Shown: positions 13,901 through 52,751 of the stretch, one piece after another
How positions within the stretch are numbered: the first letter of the stretch is position 1
Layout: each line of letters starts with the position of its first letter
Origin: Phoronis australis
Lineage: Eukaryota; Animalia; Phoronida
Direction: 5' to 3'
NCBI GenBank assembly: GCA_002633005.1
Contig: NMRA01000136.1
Span: 68,859 to 132,858, forward strand
DNA: 64,000 nt
Made by a program: the position numbers and the translations under genes
Notes under the pieces: generated by a model
Told to the model about the DNA's origin: nothing
The model's database searches: none
Seen by the model: only the letters and a program-made list of their open reading frames with translations

Positions 13901-16900
13901 TGACAGGTATATAATACACACCTTGCCAGCAACAGAAGCAAAACGTTCTTAAAACTTCTTTTGTTGAGAAAATAGACAAATTAAGATTCCATTTTCCGCA
14001 ATATTATGCCCTAAACTAAAAACATACTCTCAGCCATTTTGTTATTGTATAGTGAATACATGGAAGTAATCGTCTGTGTCATTTTTGAAGCAAAGTGTTG
14101 AAAACACGTGCAGTGTAACCTATGAGACAAAAGCATCGTTTCCCAGTGATGACAGCTAATTCTGTTTACGACTGGTAATAACCAGAACGAACTTTTAATT
14201 GTAGAGTGACTTAGCTTCCCTACTAACTTTCCTGTTTATTCCCTTTCACTCTCAGACGTGAGAGAAGAGACTAGCCGTCATGAGGGAAATTCTGGGTCAT
14301 TTTGTTTAAATACTTGTGGCTTGTAGTGTACCTTGTGAGCTCCATTTAGGAATTATTATTGTTGTCTCTAGATGGTGACTTCTTCTCGTTCACACGGATT
14401 GAGCCAATTGGTGTCTGCGGTGCTATAATACCGGTGAGTGTTAGTCTCTACAAATTTTGTGGCGATTTGGTTCGTGATGAGGCCAAGTTTATTGGGAGTA
14501 AGCTGGCAAAAGTTTGACGATAGTCATCTGAAGACAAATTGTTGACAGTCGACTATAAAATGACAACTGCAGTATAAATAAAGAACGGTGGAGCAAAATT
14601 CAAGGCGTAGATAAATCGTAAGGGTGTCTCATTCAGTTTATCTTAATTTCATGTTTTTGGAATTGTTATTTTAGTATTCTTTAGATAAATGCTATTTTAT
14701 GCAAAAACATGTGTTGGTTTCATAGAAAAGAATTGAGTTGTGGAGAGCTAGTGCATTTTATTTTTAAGAATTGATATTACTTGATATGGCTGTAGACCCA
14801 TCTTGTCATGAAGTGCATAGATCTTGAGCTGATCGTTCATATCACACTTGAGGTCACTACATACCAGTCTGTCACATTCCTCATGGCCTATGGCTTACTA
14901 AAGCATGGAGCTACGTAGGTGAACATATTAGTGTAAGGCTGTTATTCCTAAGGGGGGATATTTTGTCTCAAGTAATAAATATACAAAATTGAGCCTTGGA
15001 ATTATCCAAATATATCCCTTCACTATACTTTGAAAAGGGCGAACTGGAGACAGTATCAAGATATATTTAACGCAACATCAATACATATTGACAGCATGAG
15101 TTTTCATTATGAGATACAATAGTTACAACAAATACTGCCATGTTCATTAGCTAAATATTCACCGGAGCTTGCGTCACATCCCTGCTAACCATTCTATAGT
15201 GAAACATATTCCAGGTCCAACATTAAATAGTAATAAATGACAATTAACTTAAATTTTAGCAAATGAAAATTAACTTAAACAGCAGCAGGTGTATTACTGT
15301 TGGAAACGTTGTGACGACTTTACATGCACCCTGTATACACATTATGTCTCACTTTAACCATCCTTTCATGCACCCTGTATACACATTATGTCTTGCTGTG
15401 CACTCTCAGTTTAACCATCCCTTCATGCACCCTGTATACACATTATGTCTTTCTGTGCACTCTCAGTTTAACCATCCCATCATTCACCCTGTATACACAT
15501 TACGTCTTGCTGTGCACTCTCACTTTAACCATCCCATCATGCCTTGCAGTGGAACTACCCAGTGGGAATGCTGGGCTGGAAGCTGGGCCCTGCCCTCGCC
15601 TGCGGCAACACTCTAGTGGTCAAGCCTGCCGAGCAGACGCCACTAACAGCACTGCATTGCGGTGCATTACTGGCAGAGGTGGGTCAGTTTTTTTGTGATT
15701 ATGGTAGTCTTGCTTGTTCATTGGAGAGATTCTGACTGTGTGGTTTTTTTAAGAATGATTGTTCAAAATTCGTAATTGTTATGGAATTTGAAATTTTAGC
15801 ATGACCGCTCATATTAATGGGGTCTCTTCCATTCACTAGGAATGCAAAGACAAGGTAGATTTCTTTTCAGTGAAAGCCCCTGCACAGCATTCTGTTCCTG
15901 ACCAAATAAATTGCTGCAGTACTTTTTTTCTCCAAAAACCCTAAAAAATTTCTGCAAAAATACTACTTGTTGTAAGTTATGAAAAATGAAAAATGACTTG
16001 CAACAGAAATGTGGTCTTATACTCCACACAACTATTTATGCAAAATAATTAAATCTCACTGAGTATGAGAATATACCCATAACTTCTAGTTACTGGGACA
16101 ATTTGTTTAAATTTTGTAGGTTTGATGTGTTATTAATTACATAGCTAAACCTTTATTCAGTAATTGTGAAATGGGAGCGTAAGGCCAAATTTCTATCTTA
16201 AATCTTCAGTCACTTTTCATGAAACACACCCCTGGGCTCGGGAATAAATTGTGTCTGAACATTCTGTGACACCGTAGATATTTCAAATGTCCAATTACAT
16301 GTAGGTAAGGTAACAAAGCCTCAAAATGATGCCGTCACATTAAATTTGTTTTTGGAACATTCGATCCCATCCTAAAATTATGATGGGGCTGAGTGGAAAG
16401 AGGCAAGTTTGGCCACAAACATGGCAAGAATTGGGAGCTGTCTGGGAGGCTCTTACTTAAGGGGGGAGGTAATCGTCGGATATAATGTGCCAGCAGTTTG
16501 AGAACCAGTTTTCTCCACTGAATAACGGGCATGAAACTGGTTCTAAAAATGCGGGCATGCTATATCCAACTATTGCCTTCAACAGTGTATTAAGTGTTTC
16601 CAAAGTTTATTTGGTTCTCTCTTTAGTTTAAGTCCTTTGTGACCAAATTTTTGAGAATGTACTAGAGAAAAGTTTCTGGTTGTGATGGGGGCTGTGATGT
16701 CATGATAACGGTGTCTTTTCAGGCTGGATTTCCTCCAGGTGTTGTCAACATTGTGCCTGGATATGGCCCTACAGCAGGTGCTGGCATCACAGAACATATG
16801 GATGTTGATAAGGTGGCATTCACTGGCTCAACAGAGGTAAGAGAAGGACTTTTATTGGCTGGGTTACTGGCATGATAGGTGATCTGTGATTGGATAGGAG

Positions 16901-19900
16901 GGTGATGCTGAGAGGTGAAGACCAAATGGCCTGATTGTGTGCATTAAAGGAGAATGCCACCTGATTTAATTAGTCTTTTTTACCGTCTTAATCGGCCTGT
17001 ATCCACATCGCCTCTTACACGGTCGACTTCACCTTGCCGAGAGGTGTCGCGTTAACCTGTGAGGAAGGTGAGAAACGACGCAGCGACGTCTGTGGTTCGT
17101 CTGCAGAGTGAAAGCCGCTATATTGCGGTGCATCGTTCCCGCTTGTTTGAACTATGAATCTGGGAAGAAAGCGTGTATATCATTTTTTCGACTTCCTCGA
17201 TACCCCAAAATGCTTAGGAAGTGGTTCGCGGTAGTGAAGAATGAAAGGTAAGCTGTTAATAGCAAGTATGAGGCCGTGAAACATCTCCGTGTCTGTGGCC
17301 GGCATTACGTCGACAGTGATTACTCTGACGAATTCTGGCTTACCAAAGAACTATCCATACATTCCGTTGCCTGTGCATGTTCACGGCGCCTCTAGTATTT
17401 CTTGATCACTGTATTCCGGTTCGAACTGATAGCCCGTGAAGTCTTCGTCGGATGAGTTCTTGACTAAGTCAGGATTGGCACCGGGGCGAGTTGCCATGTA
17501 GACGTTTATTATTCTGCGTTCTATTTCAAAATGAATTATTCTTATCCTAACTAATGCTTATATAAAACTGAAACAAAGTCTGTGTCATTGCATACAATTT
17601 GTAATTCCTAGTATTCGTAAGTGCAAATGTTGAGAAGCCAGCAATGAATAAATAACTGAATTATCGACTTTTGATGCCGGCAACAAAGGTTATTGACCGG
17701 GCACCGAAGCCGCATGAGCGCATGCTAATTCATTGTTTGCTGACAAAGCTGTTGTGAAACAATTACTCGATTTTATATGCTATGGTCACATGTTAGGGGA
17801 ATCTTTATTTAGAAATACAAATACATTATTCAAATCATTGTTACTGTACAACCTTTGCCCTGTGATGGCCTGTGGAAGGTGAACCCGACTCCGCGACCCC
17901 TGACAGAGTAAGTAGATTTTCAGTTTCGTGGCTAATTCACATAAATAATTACGTGCTCATTATTTCTTCGGCTCACTATTATAGTCTTTTCGTGACTGGT
18001 TGTTTAGTTTCCAACTCAAGCCGGTTTATGTTCGTGCCAGTCCCGGCAGCCGCGATGGGCCAGATCGGGTTCCCGAGCCACTGGCCGAGATAACAAGCGT
18101 TTTGTATGTTTAGAACTCAAAAAATCACAAGTCTAAACAACACAGGTCTAGGTTCTCCGTCTGCATGGAAGAATAGTTCGAATATATCTTCGAACAGACC
18201 CCAAACTCCTGTTACGAACGTTGGTAAATTGGCCTGCCGAACTTTATAGGCTACCGGTGTGTCCAAATACCAATAAATCCGTAACAGCGAAATAAAAAAA
18301 CATGTTTTTATAAGAACTCGGTGTATTTTTAAGGGTTTTACATTGAAGTTTGATGATTTTTTTGGTGTTAAACGATGAATTCAAGCGATAAGCTGACACC
18401 AGTAACCCCTGTTGTGAACTGCTGAACAGTCTGCGTGTGAAACCAATTACGTCATTGGATAATTTCAACACCTCCGTCTGCTGTCAGGTGTCAGGTAACG
18501 CAACCGAACGTGCCGTTATCGAGTAGAACTACTCGATCTAAATTGATACAAAATAGGTTGTTTTTTGGGTGGCATTCTACTTTAAGTGGACCACTCGGAC
18601 TGAGTGACATTTACTAATGCAGGTCGAATGATATCCAACTGATTGAAATGAAATTATGTTAATTAAAATAACATTGCAAAGTTCTGCTGTTATTTTATAG
18701 AGTTTTAGTTAAATATCAAATCTTAAATTTTTAAGAATTGAAGTGCTACCGTAGATAATGAACCATCAGTATTATGATACTCATTTCCAATATGTTATTG
18801 TTTCTACCTTGTAGCATTAACATTACTGTGACTTATGAATTTTCTATTTGCTGGCCAATAAAGATGCCATATTCCAAGCTTCAGATCACATCAATCTTCA
18901 TGTTGGTTGATTTGTTCTCATTGACAGCACATGACTTAATAGTCTCCTAGGTCAGCCAGCAAAGGTATTTGATTGGTTCTTGAGGCGGACATCATCACTG
19001 GGGAACCAATCAAACATCTTTGCCAGTTGACCGGGCTGATCATAAATTATTGTAGGCCTGGTGTATTGTTTCAGGTGGGTCACATCATTATGGAGGCGGC
19101 AGCCAAGAGTAATCTGAAGAGGATCACTCTGGAGATGGGGGGCAAAAGTCCACTTGTCATCTTTGACGACGCTGATGGTAAGTGACGTAATTTGATACCC
19201 TACTGCACCATGTAATCAATTATAATTTGTAATTAATTGACATTAAAACTATGTTTGTATTATGATGTAATCCTATAATGTCTGCCTACTTTACTATTCT
19301 CGAAAATTAAAATTTCTTTGTCATTTTGACATCTTCAAGAAACATCTAAATATTTTGTAATCGCATTGCTGAAATAAACAAGTGCTTCAGGGGAAATTTA
19401 GCATTGTGTTTTATTTTGAGCCTTTGCATTATGTTTTATTGTAAAATAAGGTTGGTGGAACTGAAAATGCATCAATTTTCAATTTCTTTGGTAGTCACAA
19501 AAGTGGGGGAAGTTGTGTTGCTGTTATGACTCTGCTAAGTGGCAGAAGCATTCTAAATTCTAATCCACGATGACGCGTAGCTGTGCTTAACTCATAGGCA
19601 GCGCAGCACTGAAAAAAGTGGGGGGCTATAGCCTCCCAGCCCCCTGTGTTGCACCGCCCATAGACCATGGGCAGCGCAACACTGAAAAAAGTGGGGCTAT
19701 AGCCCCCCTCCCCCCACCCCCTTATGGTGCACCACCCATGTAACGTAAAGTAAGTGTGGCTGGTACCTAGTTGGGAAAGTCATCTTTTTCTTGCCTGGGT
19801 ATTGAATGGAGTTATGCATTGCATCTTAATAAATGTAACCTTAGTCTATATCTTGAAATCTTGCCCTTGCAGTGAAGGAAGCAGCGGACATTGCCCACGA

Positions 19901-22900
19901 GGGTGTCATGACCAATCACGGTCAGTGCTGCTGCGCTGCGTCGCGAACATTTGTCCAGGAGGGTATTTACGACCAGTTTGTGAAGGAAGCAAAAGCCCTG
20001 GCCGAGAAGAGGGTGGTTGGTGATCCCTGGGCATCGGAAACCCAGCAGGGGGCTCAGGTAATTTGACCTAATTCATTGAACTTAACCAGTTCGCAAATTT
20101 TCGTAAGAAGGTTGCAAATGTTGTATTTGCACAATTGACGGAATATTGTAAAACTTAAGTTTTGCATAAAATTATCATTTTTCCACTAATTGCAAATGGC
20201 TGCTCAAACTTCACGTTTGTTACTTGATGATGATAGTGCAATGCTGAAAATAAGATGTAATTTTATTTCCATAAAAATTTTTAAGTTAAATTTTTACTTC
20301 TGTCATATACCATGCCTCCTCAAGTTCAACCATTTTCATTTCACTACACTGAAAACACACTTTGAGACAGAATTAAGTATGTTCTTCCCAACGTTGCAGA
20401 TTGACAAAGATCAGTTCAACAAGATTATGGAGCTGATAGAGAGTGGCAAGAAAGAGGGCGCCACTGTGGAGTGTGGTGGAGGGCGTCTCGGTGATAAAGG
20501 CTACTTCGTTCAGCCCACCGTCTTCTCCAATGTCACGGATCAAATGAGAATTGCTAAGGAAGAGGTAAGACAGGGCTGTGGAGAAAATCTACTGTGATCA
20601 CGTCTTTCATTTGTAATGCATGCTGATATCTTGCAAAGACATTATATGTATTATATCATCTTGTTTTTTTTATCACAAGAAGCTTGGTCTATGGAATACA
20701 GTCCAGATCTTATATTAGGGCAAAATTCTTCAGTTCGGGACAATCTCTTGAATTTGGGACATCAAAACTCAAGCTAAAATTTGGACTTTCTTGTTTCTAA
20801 AGTTCTGGATATAGATGATTTGTATGTATGTTCTTTGAATTTCTTAAATATCGAACACTGCATTTTGTATAAACAAAGCCTTTGTCTTGCAGTTTATTCA
20901 ATCATCAAATATAGATATGGCTGTTTTTGTTACAGATATTTGGGCCAGTCCAGCAGATCATCAAGTTCAAGGACATCTCCGAAGTGATTGACCGTGCCAA
21001 CAAGACCATGTATGGTCTGGGGGCTGGCATTTGCACCAAAGACATCAATAAAGCGCTTATGTTTGCTCAGGCGGTGCAGTCTGGTAGTGTCTGGTAGGTG
21101 GAGCCACTAGCTTTTGCCGGTTAGTCTTGGAAGTCAGTTTCAGATACAGAAATTGAACAGGAATAAGTAAAATAAGCACCCAGTCCATGAACGTGTACGT
21201 GCGAAAAATGCCTTACCTACAGTCCTAAAATTCTACAGTAACGTCTTCAATTTATCAATAATATCCGACAGTCGTGAAAAAAATCATTGTGCGCAGAATT
21301 TGTAGACCACGAGCCTCGCCGTTATGTTGGTATTTAGCCGTGACTATACACTTCAAACTTCTGCCATGCCTCAAAATGAACACTGATATTGCGAGGACCA
21401 ATGGTCTGGCCTTTCAGAACGGAAATAGTGTACTTGTCTACGGGATTGCTTTGTAGATATTTCCCGCTTTCAACAGGAGTCCAAATTTCTTTGTAGGCCT
21501 ACACGTGAAAGCCGCGAATCGAAGACTAATAAACAGCTTGGCCAGTGTTAAAAGCACGTGGCCAGGAAGCGCGCGCTACATACATGAACCTGTCATCAAA
21601 AGCATTAGTCGGGAACTATTCATTCATGAAACGGGTAGCATAGCATCGGCAAGAAATGAATTATACTATAAAAAATATTTGCGTTATTTTTAAAATGAAT
21701 TGTTTGATTAACCAAAATTGGTGTTTTTAAGCTAAATATCCAATAAAATAACCACTGAAAGTGAATGCTTACAAACCCTTACACCGAAAAATAATTGTCA
21801 GATAGTTACGTACGCATCCAGCCACACGGCGACTAATGTGGCCTTACCGAGACAAATGTCGAACGTTCTTAGCACATGAGACCGGCAAGCGCTGAATGAA
21901 ACACGCTCTGGTTTAGGCCTACTGCTTGTGCAAATTTCTTTAGATACAGTGCACATCTAGTTCGTTAAATTGCGTGGCTCTGGCCAAACAACGGTCTCTG
22001 CTCTGGCAAATGAAATCTGGTGACACGCACGTGCTCGCTTACTCACAAACGCAGACAACTTCAAAACAAACGTCACGTGACAACAACATGTGTGTTCGTC
22101 CAGACATTTTTCTCATGTTGCCAATAGTACATGTAGATGGCACGAGTCAGCACAGATTTTTACTTAAACCTGCCGTGATCCCGACTCCACGGAAACTTAA
22201 AAATCTTAGGGACGCCAAACTTGGAAAACTTAAGGAGGATTTTAGGTAATTTGCTTGAGTCAAAACGGTATTTTTATTCAAGCATTCAAGTCGCCATATC
22301 GACGATTGTGAGGCAGGCAGTCGGTGAGTTTTCGCCCTGGGATTTCAGCACAATTTTCTGCAAAATGATCGTAATTTAGCAGCAAAGTTTGATAGCAATG
22401 CACCACGGTTTTGTAGAAAGTCTTTCATAGATTACAGATACGTCACAGAGCGTAAATATATTGAATCTTACCTTCCAATTTCACCCGTTTCGGAGACCGG
22501 GTTTCAACGGCCTTGGGTTATAATAAGCGCGCCCCCCCCCCCTGAAACGAACTTTTCTAAGCGCCCTGGGCAGTTATTACGGCGAATATGGTAATCACAC
22601 TAGTGTTCCTTGTGAAAGGCAGATCAGATGGAGATGCTGCTGTATGAACCCAGTGCTCAATAGGATGATCCCATATTACACAGCGACACTTGAATCTGGT
22701 GGTATTTACCCACAATGCCGCTGCAACATCGGTCAAGCAGTTCTGTGACCCTCGTTTTCGCGCCATGGAGTTTCTCATGTTACTTGCTTAAGTGCCTTGC
22801 TTTTTTCAAAGTTTTCCGACTGCATTAACTGCATTCAATCTTCCAAATGCCAGCGATGTTTTACTACTGTGCGGTAGGCTGCAACGTCGAAGGCACAATG

Positions 22901-24300
22901 TTGAATACACTTGAGATATATCCGTGGATGTGATATTTTCCGATGTCATTCCTATAATCAGCCCGACATTTGTAAATAGACGCCAATGTAACAATGCATT
23001 TTCTACCTCCAGGACAAAGGAGATTTCTATCCGGGACTGTCCTGTTGCAAGCATGTTTTATCATATGCAATGAAATCTTTGATTTGTTCTATGATTTTCT
23101 ATGTTGCCAGAACTTAGCATGTAGCTTCTCTAAGAGGTATGAAGTGGTGTTTATTAATTAGGAGGGATATTCCATTGTACAGTAAAATGTTGTTCATATC
23201 TTTGATACTCTCTATAAATTGACATTCTTGTTTTCTGACTGGCATTTTGTTTTGCAGGATAAACTGCTATGATGTCACCACTGCGCAGACTCCATTTGGC
23301 GGGTTTAAAAGGTCGGGACAAGGTCGTGAACTGTAAGTGTCTATTTTTCTGGCAGCCTGCTGAGTCTGTCGGCAGTTGAATTTTTTGTCATGACATTTTC
23401 AGTTATTTGATTTTTTAAAAAGGTCATACATTGAATGCTGTACACGGTGCTTTTGTACCATTCCACTGTGCAAAATGTATGTCATGCCTAAAATACGATA
23501 AATTGAGAGCAATTAGATTATTAAAGGCCTGATAAAGTTAATTACTCTTCGACCCCAATATCAACATTTTTAAGGTAAACCTGTTTTCATCGATTGAACT
23601 TGTGTTTCCCATCACGACGTCGCTGGCCTTTTTATGCGCCCATGTATTTATATGTGGGCGCATTATCTCTGTCCATCCGCCCGGTGTCTGTTGCTGTTTC
23701 TCCATGATGTATGTTCATAAAATTTTGCAGATATGTTCCCTTCATGGATGGTATGGTATGAGTGGATTTTCAGACTTATCAGACTACTGGTGTGCCCCTT
23801 AGTGGCAATTTTAGTTTTTTTACGTTGTAACTTTTTACTCCCTAGTGGCGGTTTTAAGTTTACTAGCATAGCTTTGTTTACTGACAATGTTTCAAATAGT
23901 AGTCATCCCTTGTATCTGCTATGTGCGATGCACAAGGTGGGCGCATATCACTGCTTCGCATTGTTCTCGTATTATCACAATCTTAGCACTAGAATATTAA
24001 TTTAATTTCATAGGACTATTTTGACAGTGTTTGTGTTTTAGTTTTTACATCTTTACAAAATCTGTTACAAATGCAGTAAAGAGGCATAAAGATTTAAAGC
24101 ACGCAAGGATGACTCTGGTGTCCCACTCAACTCCTTGGTTTTTCCGTGTAGTGTGATTTCATTCACTGTGTGGTGATTTGATAATAATGATATTCGCTGC
24201 ATGCATACTCTGTGTATGTTATTCCAGTGGTGAATATGCCTTGAAGGAGTATACCGAATGTAAGACGGTAACAGTGAAGATCCCGCAGAAGAACTCGTAA
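7937..24300 (+). CDS. ALDH1A: Cytosolic aldehyde dehydrogenase of the ALDH1A (retinal dehydrogenase)-like class, 13 exons, 490 aa
   Basis: join(7937..7972,11304..11408,12017..12157,13015..13141,14372..14433,15550..15678,16723..16836,19075..19177,19873..20057,20400..20564,20936..21093,23258..23332,24228..24300) = 1473 nt, all GT-AG, frame intact. Motifs: KYTQ|[33 protein letters not shown] (catalytic Glu), GQCCCAASR (catalytic Cys), [17 protein letters not shown]-terminal KIPQKNS. No mitochondrial presequence. Junctions match the ALDH1A/ALDH2 exon pattern. Confidence 0.95.
9402..10184 (+). mobile_element. Helentron-associated non-autonomous element (HINE/DINE-1-like), copy 1
   Basis: 5' subTIR atgcgcccac with adjacent inverted copy gtggacgcat, then a gtctgtc/gtcc microsatellite. 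3' subTIR gtgggcgcat (10151-10160) followed by a short stem-loop. Inserted in a T-rich site and homologous to 23629-23970. Confidence 0.65.
12431..12632 (+). mobile_element. Decayed tRNA-derived SINE
   Basis: A-box-like tctagtggttagag and B-box-like agttcaatccc at tRNA spacing, no intact cloverleaf, short tgtcaa repeat tail. Confidence 0.45.
15323..15540. repeat. 57-bp minisatellite (~4 copies) directly upstream of the ALDH exon 6 acceptor
   Basis: Unit catgcaccctgtatacacattatgtcttgctgtgcactctcagtttaaccatccctt. Source of the repetitive ORFs 15263..15616 and 15324..15698. Confidence 0.9.
16948..18581 (+). mobile_element. Kolobok-like non-autonomous DNA transposon with decayed THAP domain (copy 1, both ends intact)
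   Basis: TTAA on both sides (16944-16947, 18582-18585). TIR AGGAGAATGCCACC / GGTGGCATTCTACT (13/14), RR..YY termini. 17120-17325 translates as [45 protein letters not shown], a THAP C2CH pattern with a stop. Confidence 0.8.
19593..19740. mobile_element. Dimeric ~70-bp MITE (copy 1)
   Basis: Two head-to-tail units CATRGGCAGCGCA...TGCACCRCCCAT(G) joined by gac. Flanks taact/taacg. Same dimer at 48265-48409. Confidence 0.65.
21145..22592. mobile_element. Possible decayed Tc1/mariner-pogo-like non-autonomous element in ALDH intron 11
   Basis: Right end taagcgccctgggcagttattacggcgaatatggta resembles pogo/Tigger-type MITE termini. Only a weak left-end match (aataagcacccag, ~21171). Interior is CpG-richer than the flanking intron. 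Confidence 0.3.
23629..23970 (+). mobile_element. HINE/DINE-1-like element, copy 2 (internally deleted)
   Basis: tttttatgcgcccatgtatttatatgtgggcgcat ... gtgggcgcat plus 3' stem-loop. Colinear with 9402-10184. Confidence 0.65.
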
Positions 24301-25304
24301 ACTATCAACAGGTGGCAGTGACAAGTCAAGACTCTTTGGTGCCAGGTTATCTAATCTTACACCTTTTCTTTAATTTTGTTTGTTAACCGAAAGTTCTCCG
24401 TGCCCTGGTATAATATGATTATCAAAGGGCGATAGACGGTAGAACAATATTATATGTTAAGATAATTCTAAGTTACAGTACAGCTCACAAATGTTTTGTG
24501 TAACAATGAACACCGAGGCAGCACCCAGTGATCATACATAAGGCATCCAGACACCTGCAACTGGTTCATTTTGTAAAATATGTTTGAACTGTACTGTAAC
24601 AGTTTTAACCCGCAACTAACCGTGGTGCCTTTGTAGATTTTTCACTGACATGGTTCATATGAGTGCTATGATGGTTATACTCCTGGCTATGTACTTTTGT
24701 TGTAGTTTTTTAGCAAAAATGTTAGTTTCGCAGGATGATTGCAATCATTGTTGAAATTTTTTGTTACAATCATGTGGAGAATCAAAGTCTTTATTTAAAA
24801 AAGAATTTGTTATAATTGAAGGATGTGACTATAATGTTTATAGATATTAAGTTTCTTTGGATGTATTCATCACCATGTCAACAGTGCTATCTCTTTTGAG
24901 AATGTTCTAATTTTGAAACTTTTGTCATGTCACTTCTGTAATCTATCACATTTCTCCACAAGTATCCAAAATAACTGAAAAATTTCCCACAGAATTTATT
25001 CCTTCTCTCCAAAAGGTGAGAAGTTTAGAATGCACTGATAAATTGTTTCAAGTCATAATTACTAGAACCTTGCGTCAGATTCTATGCTTGTATGGAACAG
25101 TCACTTGAACTCTTTAAGATCTGAAGGTAAATTTACACCTCGCTTGTCATATAACATGTTGATTGTGAATCATGCTCTTTGGTGGAGGTGATTTCTTTAT
25201 TAATTTTCTGTTTAGTTGCTTCAGTTCTGAATGCTTTGGTGAAGGTGATTTGGTTCTTATTAAATAATTGCTATCAAGAGCTTTGCAATGTTAGTATTCA
25301 TTTT

Positions 25305-25310
25305 AATAAA
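25305..25310 (+). terminator. Candidate poly(A) signal of ALDH
   Basis: AATAAA at the end of a ~1-kb T-rich 3' UTR. Strand composition flips to A-rich just downstream. Confidence 0.55.
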
Positions 25311-25362
25311 TATTGGTTTGCAAAACACAAAAATGGAAATTGCAAATGGGTTTAAACACAAG

Positions 25363-25368
25363 TTTATT
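25363..25368 (-). terminator. Candidate poly(A) signal of full-length DCLK
   Basis: tttatt on + (AATAAA on -) at the end of a ~1.45-kb 3' UTR that is U-rich on the minus strand. Confidence 0.55.
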
Positions 25369-26821
25369 TTTTAATTCTTTTGAAGCGGTTGTAAACAAAC
25401 AAATGAAGCGATAACAGAATCACATTCTTAGCAGCCTGGCATTCTAAAAAATCATATCTACAATCATCAAGTTAAACGGGTTGAAATTAAAAACAAGAAC
25501 TTGCTTTCAGCGGGCAAGACAATAAAAAAGTAAATGTTTAAAAACAACAAACCAACAACGACTACATGACTCAATGCTTAATAAAGCTTTTCAGCTGGAT
25601 AATCTTCATACACTTTAAGAAATATGAATAAATTATAGGAACTCGTAGGCAAGGTAAACGATTCACGTAAACGTTTTTTTAAAAAACAAAAAACTGTAAA
25701 CGTATAAAAACAACTATCAAAAATGGAAATGTATAAGCCAGGGGTCACAATACTCATCTTTTATCAAAGGTAGACAACTGGCATTAAACAAGTTTTAACT
25801 GATTTGTCTTTTTTAGTCTAACAAAATATAAGTCATAGAATCTGCCAAGTATTCATTAGGGAATCGCTGTATTAGGCAAATGTGAATTGGTAGTGAGAAA
25901 CCAATGCATTAAACCGAAGCATGACGTGCAATCGTAAAAACAATTTTCCAAATTCAGCCATTTGACCAGACGCAAAATACCATGACAAACTTAATTACTT
26001 AATTACTTAAAAATTCAACAAATCCTAGATAATGAGGGGTATGTTTAACTTACACCGACTGAACTACGCGACTGATAAATCACTGCAAAAGTTAAGCGAA
26101 CTTTGAGCAAGCAGTGAAGCTGAGCATTTGCCCTACATCAAATGCAGCAATCTAACACCGCTCAGAAGATTTATTCTCATTTACAGCGGATCATTTTCTT
26201 AGCAATACACTTCAATATTGCTCATAAAGCACACGTCAAATTCCTTGAACCTAGCTAAAGCAAGATTGTGTACAAGACAGGTTCACCAGTCCTTAATGAA
26301 ATATTACATACTTCATTCAACATCGAACATTCATATTGCACAAAATTAACGGATGCAAACAACATTAAACGATCTACTCCTATCTTTACATCTTAATGCA
26401 ACACTCACAGACTAGACATAGTCAATTTTGACAGAGCTAGAATTTTTGGTAAACCATGGCATGGATTTTTGTTAACTTTTAAAAAAAAACATTGATTTCT
26501 GCACTAAGACAAAATCACAGTTTGCATTGAAAAGCATTAGATTGAACAGTCAAAAGAAATCGCCATTTAAAAAACATTTTCTTCAAGTATACAACATGAA
26601 AATTGCATCATTCTGGTATTATATGACTAGGCAAAATATTCAAAGTATTCTACAACAACGATGACTTCCTCCTTAGATAGTAATCACAGAAGAGATACTA
26701 GTGCCTTTTGAAATGTTTTATTGCCTCCAAGATCAACCAATGGGAGAGAGACAATTTGCATCCTTCAAAGGGCATCAGTTCTGATCAACCAATGGCAACG
26801 ATGTCATATGACCTTTGAACT

Positions 26822-52751
<25,930 letters not shown>

